A DNA stretch of 61,903 bases, filler included, from Platydemus manokwari (lineage: Eukaryota): NCBI GenBank assembly GCA_037951405.1. It is 5 parts of 5 records of this genome, joined end to end, with 100 filler letters (N's around TTAATTAATTAA, not from the genome) between each part and the next. Parts side by side here need not be neighbours in the genome. Positions count along the whole stretch, not along the records: positions 46,668 to 61,903 come from JBBMOY011318093.1; 4 more parts are not named here. One strand, written 5' to 3'. A model generated the notes under the pieces. The model was not told the origin of the DNA and made no database searches. It saw only the letters and a list, made by a program, of their open reading frames with translations. Both the position numbers and the translations under genes were made by a program. Position 1 is the first letter of the stretch. Each line of letters begins with the position of its first letter. Positions 49,830 through 61,903 of the stretch are shown piece by piece.

Positions 49830-52800
49830 ATGTCTGAATTTCCTAACAATTTTGATTATGTTATTTTTGGAACTGGTAGTTTATTGTAAGTTAGTAATTA
49901 AATATCAATTAGTTAATAGGAGTTGTTGAATCTATATTGTCAGCAGCATTATCTACAACCGGAAGTTCAGTGTTACACATAGATAGGTTATTAATAGTAT
50001 ATATAATAATCATAACTAATATTCTTTTTACTTAGAAATGAGTTTTATGGTGGTTATAGTGGGTGTTTAAGATTATCAGAAATTGAGAAATTGCTAGATA
50101 AATGGGTAATATTTTCTCGTTGATTTATACTTTCTAAATTTCTTGTTGATTTTTAGAAAAATCAGCAACAAACTGTGAATAATGATAGTATTTTTACCCA
50201 ATCAGATATTCATGTCAAACATGTCAGTTGTGACTGGAATGTTGCGTAAATATCCTGTTATGTTGAAATTCTAATAATGTATTTGACAGTGCCGAAAGTT
50301 TGGAAATTAATGAAAATGGAACAACATCCAACAGTGAAGCCTGGACTGAGCAATCTCTGCGCTCAAATATGCGTTCTCTGGAGTTCGAGATATTTCCACG
50401 AGTATATATACTTACAGATTGATTATAATATGATTATTTCTTAAGCTTCTTTTCTCGGAAAGCAAAACAATAGATGCCCTTATACAGTCTGATGTTACCA
50501 GATATTTAGAGTTTAAATTCATTTCAAAATTTGCTACTTTATCTGATGATAAGATTATTTTAGTTTGTGATAATATGCAAATCGCAACAATTTGAATTAT
50601 ATTTTTAGATTCCTATGAATCGTTCTGATATTGTAAAAACAAAAGTCTTTTCTCTTAGACAAAAAAGGCAGTTAACCTCCTTCCTTGAATGGTGTTTTAA
50701 AGTTAATATGGATGATGAAGTTATTTTAAGTGAGTCTCATTTCTTTTCTATTTAATTATTATAAATTTTTTATTATTTTCTCCAAATTAATTTGTGAATA
50801 ATTGTTTTTGAAGATTCTAGGAGATTAATTTTTAAATAAATTTAATCTACATTAAGATTATACCGATCGACCTCTGTTTGAACTTATGAGGAAAGAGAAA
50901 AACATTGATGAGTTTACTGAAAAGATCATAATTGATTGTATGGCCATGTCTTCTTCAAACGTCGATACGAAAGAAGTAGAAAATTGTTTTCCAATTGTAA
51001 TCATTTGAAATGTGATTAGGGAATTTCCAAAATTAAAAAATTGTTATTATCCTTTAACAAGTATGGGCCCTATCCAATCATGTGGCCTAATTACGGATGT
51101 GGGGAAATTCCTCAAGCATTCTGCAGGTAACATTGGGGTTTATTGAATATTGGATGATAATGTTTCCGTTTTATATTAATTGTATCAGAATATCTTGATA
51201 AAATTTAAGAATCAATTTTCAAAATGAATTTGGAATATAGGTTCTTGAAAATTAAATTTATTTAATATTTTCAGATTTATTTGAAATTCACAAATCATTC
51301 AAACTTTACACATTGTCCGGTCTTGCTGTAGTTGATTTTTTTTTCACATCTCTTGATATCTTTATTATATTTGTCTGAAATGTAGTATAACTATTCGAAA
51401 ATCAATAATTGTATAAAGTTTTCAATAAACCATATCACGAAATGAGGATATTTTATTCTTACATCATAACCGTCGTCATTATAATCAATTTATCTATATT
51501 TGCTAAATATTAATTATATCATTTAATATCCACGTTTCATGATATTACACTGATTTTATTGGCTTAAATAATGAAAGAATAACACAAATTAAAACAATTA
51601 TAGTTTAAATTTGAATTATCAAGCTTTAAAAGAAAATCAAAATGATTTAATTATTGGTTATCCAATTTGTTCCACCTCATCAAATGATTTTGCAATTTGT
51701 TCATCCACTTTGATATCATTGAAATGATCTCATCTATTTCTCGCATTTAAATAACATTATCACTGTTACCTCATGACCTGATCAATGTTTTCATCAATTT
51801 CATGTTTCATTACATTCTAAGGATGTCGTTATTATCGATTGCATCCACAATTTTGACACCCTTATTAACAACAATTTTATAAAATAAATATTTAACGCAT
51901 CCATATATGAAAAATTGAATAAGAAAAGTAAAAAATTTAGAAATGTTTTTGTACAAATATATAATTGATTATTTTTAACAAATTAAATTTTTATTGTTTC
52001 TTTTAAGGAAAAATAGTTTGTGTCAGACATAGATAGAGGATAACTTGAGATTGTTAACCCTCAAGCTACTAGAAGGGTACATCATAATTGGTTTAATAAT
52101 AAAAGCTATTGCTATATGATTTTCAATATGTTTTCAATGCTATTTATCAATTCACAATAAATTCAATTAAAATGCGGATTGACTGCAAATTAAACATTGA
52201 AAATCTGAAATTTCTTGCGATTTCAATTTTATTGGATAGTGCATGTCGGTCAATTGATTCTCAATATTTAGTTAAACACTGCTATTAAATCAAATCCGAA
52301 GATAGGCGATATTTTTATGTGTGTAAAGAATGTCAATTTTCAGTATTATATATCACTGAGCATAGATAAGCAGAATGTAAGCAGTTTTTCTGCTACAGAT
52401 GTCTTGTAATTTAAACTGAATCTCAAAAATTCAATCCATCCTTGCTCAATATTAAATGTCTAGTCTTATGAATTCTAATATCTGTCCTTATAATTTTGGT
52501 AGGATTAATAATTCAGTTGCTTTAATTGAAACCGAAGAAAATTGATTTATGTTTTCATCACATAGCAATCAGATTGAAATTTAATTGAATTTCAGCCATC
52601 ATGGTTAACGTGATTACGTATTAATATAAAATTATTTGAAACATTTACGAAATGATCAATTTCTTTGAATAATAATATTTGAATGACCCCCCACTGCATG
52701 TCACTACAGTGTTAATATAGATATCAAATTTTTCAAACAATTATTTCGGCTTTATTCTCTTCTTTCGTGGATTATTTGAAATGTTTCTTTGTTTTGAAAT

Positions 52801-55629
52801 CAATTCTTAAATTTTATTGATTTTGAAATTCATTGAATTACAATAATTCTAATAAAAATCATTCATTTAAATATTTATTAAACTGAAAAAATTATAATCA
52901 TTAGAAGTTTTATTTGAAATTATTTTTTCTTTTATAAACTATTAATATTCAAGAATGTCTGCTGTTTTCGGATCCGTTTACAGTCTGAATACAACCATTT
53001 GTTCGTGTTCATCCCAGTCAACCCAAAATGGAGAATATGATTCAACACAAGGCCAACGCGACCAAGTTCCAATTGATCATCGCAAACTTAAACTTTCTTT
53101 ATCTAATAATAGCGACGTATACACGGATAAAATTATTTCTCATAAATCTTATGTGAATTCTTACTTGTTGAGCAATTCTGATAAAATGAGGTATTAACTA
53201 CATTCTATTTGTAAGTGATTATCTCAATTATTAGATGGATATCGCGGGCTATTTTTGTAACTAACAAGAGTTTGATAAGTGAACATCGAGACTGTAATGA
53301 TGTATGAGGGATTTTATTATCAGAACGGGATATATTTTTATTTATAGATCCTCATGTTTCCATTTCATCTCGATCGCATTGAAAAACCAGCTATTTTACT
53401 AGAATTCCCTACAGACAATAGCCGGAATACTCGCAAAGAAGAATTGTGTTAGTTAATTATATATTATTATTTATATATTAAATTATAAATTATGCTTTAA
53501 ATATTATTATATTATTTTAATATTATTTATATATTTGTCGTGATTGAAGGTAAGCTTGTAGAAATAACACTATTTGTTTCGAAATAATAAAATCCAAACC
53601 GTGAACATCAATCAAGATTGAGTAACTGGTCGGATCTCATAGGAGTCTGTATCACAGATTCTTGTCCTTGGTGGTTCTCTTAATTTTTTTTTCTTTGAAA
53701 CTCATCTTTATTTCAGCTATTAAGTGCACCTTGAACTAGTAATTGACCAATGCATCTTCATCGTTGGAAATTTCTTCTGTATTTATTTATTTCCAACTGC
53801 GGGTCTACCTTTTCTTCCACCAATTTACATTTTTCGTAACCTTGATTGTATTGTCATTATTTTTGCATCTTGTCTGTATGTCTACCTTTATGCATTCTAT
53901 GACATTTTTTTCACTTTTTTTTATTAAATCCTGACTTATTTAGGATAGCGCTAGTGCTTTCATTCCCAAAATACTCCTATGGTGATGGTGCTTAGCTACA
54001 CTGTCCAGCCTGGTCTTGCTTTTTTGATACTCTTTTGAAACTCTTCATAATTTTCCTATTTATTCAATATCCAGCAATCAAATTAAATCATAATTTTATA
54101 AATTTATCATTATATTTATCAAATAACCTTTATTTAAATCCGAAATTTATTTTATTTTTGCGTCATAATATGGTATGATGTGATAATTGATTATACATTA
54201 TAATGTTAGAGATAGAATTAGTTGTATTATATGCTTATTTTCTATAAGTTGATACGTAAAAAGCTCTGAATGGGGTTTATCGTTAAATAACACAAAATGT
54301 TATCATGATTGCATTAACCAATGTTCATGCAGCTGGAGGTTGTTAAGGACTTTTGGTTGTTTTTGTACTTAGTGATAATACATCTTTATCGATTAGTTGC
54401 TCTTTCAAATGTTTTGCGTTATTGCAACTTTCATCTTGTCGATACCTTTCTTTATTATCATAAATATATTTCATATCAAATCAATCTAGTTCATTCATAT
54501 AATACACATTTTCTAATTCTCTTATTTTATTAATTATTTTCTGGATTCACTCATGAAAAATTATTATGTTGTTGATGGCATTGTTGAATGTTTTGTAATC
54601 TTTATGAAATTACGGTCCACTTATCTGAACTCTTGATTTAAAATTTCATCTATTGTCTAGTTGAATTTCTTCAATGTGTTTTTCAAACTTCATATTAATC
54701 CATTTTGTAATCTAATGAGCTTAATGACATTGATGATTCTGGGTGATAAACAATTCAAATCAATAATAATTATACAGCGCTGAATGAAAGTATAATAAAA
54801 GCTAATCAGTATTGCCTACATATATATAATTAAATGATCAATATCAGTCCACTATACACATGGACTAAAAGCCATTGAAGTCGGGGATTTACTGTATTAA
54901 ATTGAACTTTATTTAATGATTTTATTGATTATATATTTCTGACAGACATTGTGCATTTGACTTCATTCACGGAGTCAATTTTTGATTCTAAAGAACTCTT
55001 TCAGGATTACGTCAATAAAATATTCGAAAAATGTGAAGTTCTTATTGATTTCTCCACAACTTTTTAAATATAACATTTTCCAGATACTGTTGATTCTGAT
55101 GAGGAGTCATTGAAACCAAAGATTCTTTTTCAATGCTTTTTTACTCTTCCAGAATTTTCCCACGTGACAATAGATTTTCCAACAGACAGCGATATTGAGA
55201 ATCATTTGATCTTTGTTAATAGTTGCTCAAATGATATCGAATTTGAGGAGTGTTTGAAAGAGGTAATATTGCTAGGGGATAGTTTTACAATGTTTACTTA
55301 ACAATCATATATAGGCTAATAATGTCTTCACGACTATATCACCTGGACTGGAATTTCTTCCTCGACCACCCAATCCTGAAGATATTATACAACTTGGAGA
55401 GGAAGCTATTCCTTCAACCAATCAAATTAGTGGAGATTTCCCATTTGCAACAAATTTTCTTCAATTAAACTCAGAAATTATTGATGGTCCTGGAGACGGA
55501 TCTAGTGCACCAATTGCCAGTTCAACTCATGATGAAGTCGGTAATATCGACGGGCCAACTTTGTCAGGATTACTCGCTGAAATAGAATTGAATGCGAGCA
55601 GCTCGGAAACAAATGATGCTGTCCAATGA
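49830..55629 (+). CDS. CHM: Rab escort protein (Rab geranylgeranyltransferase component A), multi-exon
   Basis: Spliced exons give MSEFPNNFDYVIFGTG|VVESILSAALSTTGSSVLHIDR|NEFYGG, LIQSDVTRYLEFK, IPMNRSDIVKTK..SLRQKRQLTSFL, KYGPYPIMWPNYGCGEIPQAFCR|MSAVFGSVYSL, ISRAIFVT and EFLPRPPNPEDII. Stop at 55627-55629. Introns are mostly ~45 nt, with two long ones (~51127-52953 and ~53450-54946). Confidence 0.93.
52200..52610 (-). pseudogene. Cadherin-like fragment, antisense inside a CHM intron
   Basis: Minus strand gives IILKIDILYTHKN/SPIF...IENQLTD, resembling LxIxVLDxNDNxPxF...VxEN. Confidence 0.35.
53700..54070 (-). mobile_element. Possible 3' end of an RLE-type non-LTR retrotransposon in a CHM intron
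   Basis: NYEEFQKSIKKARPGWTV*LSTITIGVF resembles the KxxKYxxL...V..PIxIGxxG tail of R2/R4-like elements. Weak. Confidence 0.3.
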
Positions 55630-58276
55630 AGCTTTGATTTGCTTGGCATAATAACAATTTTAATTTTGAAATACATTTATTTTGAGATAGGCTTTATAAT
55701 TTGGAAATATCGTATTTTTGCAGTTTGTTTCAGTTTATTTGAAATATTGATTTAATGTTATTGTGTTTGTGTGTTATTTATAGATCATTAATATTAATAA
55801 TTGATTTGATTAAGATGTACAATTTTTCTTTGATCCATCACATTTTAAATTCGATTAATAATTGTGAAAGTATTTTTACCAAATCATATAGAAACAGTTC
55901 TTAATTTTAGAAAATCAATAACTAATCCTTGTTACGGACTCTAATTATTCTACGATAATAATACTGAATATCTCGAAGTCCATATCGTAAAATGAATCGA
56001 TTTTAGTAAATAATGACTTCAGTTTTTTCAACCTTTTAAACCGATATGGGTTGTTTTACCTTGGTCTTGTATTTAACACAATACTTCACAACTTATAGTT
56101 TAAAGTAGATCAATGAATAAATTATCTAAATGTACACGTTTTTAAAGAAAGTTTTAATAATTTTTATACAAAAACAATAATTTCTTCAATATTTATATTC
56201 ATTTATCAAAATAATCATTAAAAATATCATCAAATGAAATCCAATAATTTACTCTTATACGTCAAAATGTTAAATAAATTTTAATTTTATTCGTGAGAAA
56301 TCTTTTCCATTACGTTAGGAATTTTGTAAATTATTGGTATAAAATAGTATAAAATTAATATCGAAAAATTAGATAGCATTTGCAAAACAGTTAGAAATTC
56401 ACTATGAAACTGCAAAACACTATGAAATTCGAACACAAATCTGATGATAATAAGAAATTTGATTGAACCCTAAAACGAAAGAATGGGATAATAACAGATA
56501 ATAATTACTGGCTGCAACGCATGCTAAAATTGAACTGTTTCGTTGGCATTTCTTCCAAAAAATCTCAAAATTTAAATTCTTTTATCTAAAATTCGATCTA
56601 AAATCATCATATTAATTCATTAAAAAGTTATAAAGATAGAAAAAATTATTGAGCTAATGGATCTATAATGGGTCTATTAATTGTCTGGTATCTAATCTCT
56701 TAAGTAACTATTTATTGATTTATGAATTAGCAAATATGGAGATTACTGAATTAGAGGATTTTGGATTAAATTTAGGTAAAACAGCTACTATTTTGACTAA
56801 CATTCTGCATACTAACTGTTGTATTTAAATAAATTCAAATACCTATCACGACATCTTATTTTTCTAGATTCCAACACTGTACCTGATGGTCTCATGAGAC
56901 AACTAAATAAAATTCATCTTATTCCTGATGCAATATTTTGATCAAGAAAAATTACTAACATGGTAAGACAAGAATTCTTTAGCATTCTTTCGAATTATAT
57001 TTTAACATACATTCTATTGTTTTTATAAAATATCCAATCAAAAAGGATTAAGCATAAAATAACTTCATCAATCGCAATCAGTAACATCACTAAGAAAACG
57101 AACGAAGACCAAAGAATCAATGTCTAATTACAAAATGGATTCAGCATTCTGAACAAAGAAAATATATTCAAAATTTAACCGACAGTAAAGAGTGGCAAGT
57201 TCCATCAAGTGATCCATTTAAAAAGTGTTCCTGAATAATCTATAATTTTTTTATATATTTGATTTAAGTTTAAGAATTATTCTTGAAAATTTTCTATTTT
57301 TTAAAGTTTATTTTTAACTTTCCTATAAGGTTCCTATAGTTTTTCTTTCAAATGCGAGTTCTTTGTTTATAGGTCAATTTAGCACACGTTAACCAAATGT
57401 CAGTTTTTAATTATACAAATGCTATTTTAATCAGTCGCTAATCTGTAGGTAATCTTCCTTTCACAATTATTTGACACAGTATTCATATATTTTATTGAAT
57501 GTTCCTATTTTTAATTTATAAAGAAAAATTCCATTAATATCAAAATGTTGATTATTTTAAAAACTTATAAATGATATCACAAATTATTATGCAATGGCAG
57601 AGATTTATTCAATAGAAACAGTGAATTTAAAAACAATGGTATAGCGACCTTTTAGAGTGTAAGAGGGCCAATTTTTAGCATTCAAAATTTTACATAAATG
57701 TATTAATTTTGAAAAATATTAAGCAACATATGAATCGGATCCGATTAATCCACACCTTGAAATGACATGAGATTATTAAATAATTCTCAAATCTTTTGCT
57801 TTAAAATCAATATTAATTTTATCTACAATTTTCGATTTTATTAAGTTTATGACATTTCAGTTTTTCGAATTTTAGAGTTCTTGGCAATGTTTTAGTGATT
57901 TTAAAGCAATTTCATCTTCTGGTAGTATGTTAAGAGTGATTTGAATAATTTAGCACTAAGCTTATATATCTATGGTCAACACCAAAGTTGCTATTTGTAA
58001 CAGATTCAATTCGAATTTCTTCTAGATTTTTTATAATATAATTTTGTTTTCTTTTTAGACATATTAATTTTATATTTTTGTTTGTAATATGATACGATAT
58101 TTATTTTATTCCGCGCTGTATGTTTTAACTAGTTATTCTAGTATTTTCTTTAGTTTTTTCTAATGTGGTTTATTTTTTTTGTTTTTCAATTCACACCGTA
58201 ACTAATCTTTATTTTAATATAGGGTAAATGATTTTCATAATTAATTTTTATTTTTATAAATGATAATATTTTCTAC

Positions 58277-58740
58277 CAGTGGTTTTCAACCTTTTTGATG
58301 GAGAGGAACTCAATCAAAAAATTTCTCTGGCTCGAGGAACCACTGTGGAATAATTTAATTGTTTATTCAGAAAACAGCATTTATTTTTTAAAATGAAATA
58401 AAAGTATTTATGTTCAGAGTATTGTACTTGTTTGTTGATGAAATGAAAACAAGATTGTAAATGTTTGAATAGACTAAATTTATTCTTATCAAAATCTTAG
58501 TGGGGAATTTGAGAGTGGTGTTTCTTGCACAACTTTTTAATATTCGACCATGTTTTGACAGACACACGAAGTTTATCTTCCACAGACAACAATTGTGCTC
58601 GTTTCTTATGTTTGATGATTGTCATATCTGAAAATCAAAATTCACACAAATAGGAAGTTAAAAATTACACAAGAAGTTGTAGCGCTTTCTGGGTAATTGC
58701 AGGATTTTCCTTTTAGTCAAATTCCATAGAACCGATTATT
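58277..58740 (-). mobile_element. hAT (Buster/ZBED5-like) transposon 3' end relic with TIR
   Basis: TIR CAGTGGTTTTCAACC at 58277. Minus strand gives PAITQKALQLLV*FLTSYLCEF*FSDMTIIKHKKRAQLLSVEDKLRV...SQIPH* (hAT dimerisation domain). Confidence 0.88.
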
Positions 58741-60904
58741 TCCAATAATTTAAGCAATACAAATATATAAAGAATTATTACATATTACATATGCACAGAT
58801 TAAGCGATCTACGTCAATAAAAATTATCATATTTTTGTTGATTTTCGGAGGTCTTCGGTTTATTTATTTTGTTGATAAAATACAACTATTATTGTCACCT
58901 CTTGGTAATGTCTAAGTCTAATCTGTACTCTGGAGCTCAAATTACCTACAAGTAATCATGAACCTAATATTGTGATGTTCTTTTGCATCAATAAACTCTA
59001 ATCTAAGTATGGGGATGGAATGAGTGGCTCTAGACACTGTTTTATTGATTTTACAACTATTTATTAAATTTTATATTCCTGACTGCCACAACTGTATATT
59101 GTAAAAAGGTAATGAAATGATTTTGATGATATTATTTACGGAAATGAGTCGAGATCTTATGACACCCTCCAATTGTAATATTACAATAATTGTATGATTT
59201 AAATACACTTTTATTATTATAACAACGACTACAAATATACTCCTAATAAAAATGAATTTTTAAACTACTTTTATACATATTAACGAAGGATATTTAATAC
59301 ACAGTTTCAAAAGAACCTACGGTTAATAAACCCCCGAGAGGAGTAAAACCACGTATCTAGGGAGAAAATCAAATCCTATATAGAAGGAATATGCGGGTGC
59401 TATAATTAATTGATGTTTTTACAATTATTGAATGCTTGCTCAATCTTCCTATGATGTTGAGTCTTCTAGTCTATGTAATGAGCTTATATACATTTTGGAC
59501 CCCTAATGGAATTGATGTATTGGAAAAATGCATTGCACAAATATAATTTGAGATTGATTACTATGATGTAGCCCTGTTTTATATTATTCATGACAGGTTA
59601 AATACTCGTAATTCGCAAAAAGTATCAAACGTGAATAAATAATTCATACAATCCTCCACAACGACGATTAGAATATTTATATATTAAAAAATATTATTAA
59701 TCAATGAATCATCAAATGTTTCTGGAAATATTGTGAATCAATTCTTAAAAAAATTATGTGATTCTCACGAAAATCCTTCAACATTTTCAATATCAATTTA
59801 ATCTAATTGATTGAAGTGAAAAATCAAATTGAAAATCAGTTCAGGAACTAATTGAACAAAATATTATATTACAATTTGTGAAATATTACCACAACTTAAC
59901 ATTTTCAAAAACTCAACAACAATACCACTATTCACCATATGAAAGTATTTTCCCAACATCAGCAGAATCTGGCGAGAAGAATCAAAATTTTAATACTTAC
60001 TTCGAAAATATATAAGAACAGACTAAAATATTCACAGAGATGTAAAATTATGTAAAATTTTACAGATTTTACATTAACATTTTAAAACCGGAATCTCTCA
60101 ATGAAACCATCCAGATTATAAATAGAAGATAGATATTGGTAGGTTGAATTCGCATAATTTCGATTAATTGAATGTATAGAATTCAAAAAACTCAACTGAT
60201 GAAAATGAAACGATAAAGAAAGAATCAACGAAACTTTAAAAAAATTCAGAAATAGTGGAAAATAAATTAAATGACAGACATGCAGTTCTTTGGCAGTTGT
60301 AGCAGTAAATAAGGTAGAATGTATAAGAGAGCTTACTTTATGGGTTACCTTGTTTATAGGAAGACTTCTTTATTGATTGATCTTAAGATATTAATTTAAT
60401 CATTGTCAAACTTAAAGAGAAACCTTTAACACTTCTCTGTGTAAAATAAATTAAAATAAATATTAATAATTTTAATAAACAAAATAAAATGATTATAAAT
60501 AAAATGTTATACATTAAAATAACATCTAATAAATTATAATAATCATTTATCTAATTTTCACAAAACAATATTACTTATAAAGCCCCTTTAAAAATATTTA
60601 ATTTCCAATCTTATATTTAATAATTGATATATAGTAATAAATTAAAAAGATAATAAGTTACAATCAAGTTGAATTAAATAAATTCAAGAATTAAATTAAG
60701 CTACCTAAACTTATAAGATTTATTTCATAATTTGCTGATATTACTTTTTATTGGTTAATTGTGCTTTGCTACTATAATTTGTGATATCGATTAATTAGTG
60801 CAGTGTTTGCAGCACAATAAATCGACATATTGCAAGTTTAGAAACAGAATTTTATTGAGTCTGTATTGAAGCAAATTTTAAGTAATTTTTGATATCATTG
60901 TGCA

Positions 60905-61299
60905 ATGAACACAGAAAATCCACCGGTGGAAGTAAAATTATTGGATCCAGATTTTGAAGTCATTGATTTCGAAGATATAATGTGCAGTTTTCCAGCAGAG
61001 GACAAATGGTTTTCAATTAAATTTCATGCAACAAAATATGACATGCTTACTTGTTTAGTGGTCTCAGAGTAACCAGTGGATCTGTTACGCTTACCAAAAA
61101 TAAAAATAGCCTGATTGGAATCAGCATAGGAGGTGGAATTCCATATTGTCCTTGCATTTATATTGTACAGATATTTGATAACACCGTCGCCTCGAAGGAT
61201 GGAACCTTAGAAGCTGGAGATGAAATAATTGCTATTGATAGAAAATCCGTTAAGGGTGTTGGTCGAGGAGAAGCTGCTAAAATGATTCAAAAAGCTCAA
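60905..61299 (+). CDS. PICK1: PRKCA-binding protein PICK1, first two coding exons (60905-61008 and 61059-61299); the gene continues beyond the window
   Basis: AEDKC|GLRVTSGSVTLTKNKNSLIGISIGGGIPYCPCIYIVQIFDNTVASKDGTLEAGDEI...AKMIQ is the PICK1 PDZ domain. It has a 50-nt GT-AG intron and a GT donor at 61300. Confidence 0.95.
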
Positions 61300-61829
61300 G
61301 TTTGACTTTAATTTAGTTTATCAACTATTTGTTTTATCAGAACTTAATAATTTTTTCTTAACTTTGACTCTTTAACTTAAGAATTTTTAGTAATTACCAT
61401 TGGCTCTCGATTTTAAAAAAATTACATTAAATTTACTTAGAAGATTGTTTAATCTATTTTTAGTTTTTCTTTTTAATTTTACCCACTCAGTATAGTGCTT
61501 TCCCTGGGAATTATCACGATTTGATTTGAGAATTATTAATCAAGTTATTATATTTGTTTATTGATTGACTCGAAATGGGGCTAACATTTCTAAAATCAAA
61601 ATCTACTACCATAAAATAATTTATTCAATTCAACAGACTTAAATTTGAAGTAAAATTTAAAAGCAACTAATAAATAAATGACTTGCAAATTTTGAGATTT
61701 AATATTAAATTGAAATACAATTTTTAAACAAAATAAAAACCAATATTAATATATAACTTCTTCTCCCTGCAAGACTTAAGTAATCACAAATGAAAGAATG
61801 AGTAACTCAAGTTTGTATAAAATATGCTT

Positions 61830-61830
<1 letters not shown>

Positions 61831-61903
<73 letters not shown>
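61831..61903. repeat. (TAT)n trinucleotide microsatellite
   Basis: Perfect tattattat... run to the end of the window. Confidence 0.97.

Noticed and set aside
59330-59560. Hydrophobic reading IDVFTIIECLLNLPMMLSLLV, faintly like a Slo-family K+ channel segment
   Set aside because: Short, interrupted by stops, with no pore motif or exon structure.

Overview
This is very AT-rich eukaryotic DNA, roughly three-quarters A+T by eye and most likely from an invertebrate animal. It is not contiguous: five contigs are joined by four artificial 100-nt spacers (44 N + TTAATTAATTAA + 44 N). Four recognisable host genes have short GT-AG introns of about 45 nt: a partial TTC5 (-), a KDM1B/LSD2-like gene (-), CHM/Rab escort protein (+) and the 5' end of PICK1 (+). 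Most of the remaining DNA is decayed coding sequence. It includes many stop- and frameshift-ridden protocadherin-like segments (mainly 0.9-15 kb, plus copies near 41 kb and inside a CHM intron) interleaved with a dispersed purine-rich repeat. It also holds relics of mariner, Tc1/maT, two Buster/Charlie hAT elements, LINEs and Ty3/gypsy, and two virus-like fossils: a Polinton/adintovirus packaging ATPase and an endogenous CRESS-DNA virus rep with a possible upstream capsid gene and origin. The best leads are the CRESS fossil, the protocadherin pseudogene field and an LSD2 that appears to have lost catalytic and FAD-binding residues. All calls come from manual translation and motif recognition with no database search, so relic boundaries are approximate.
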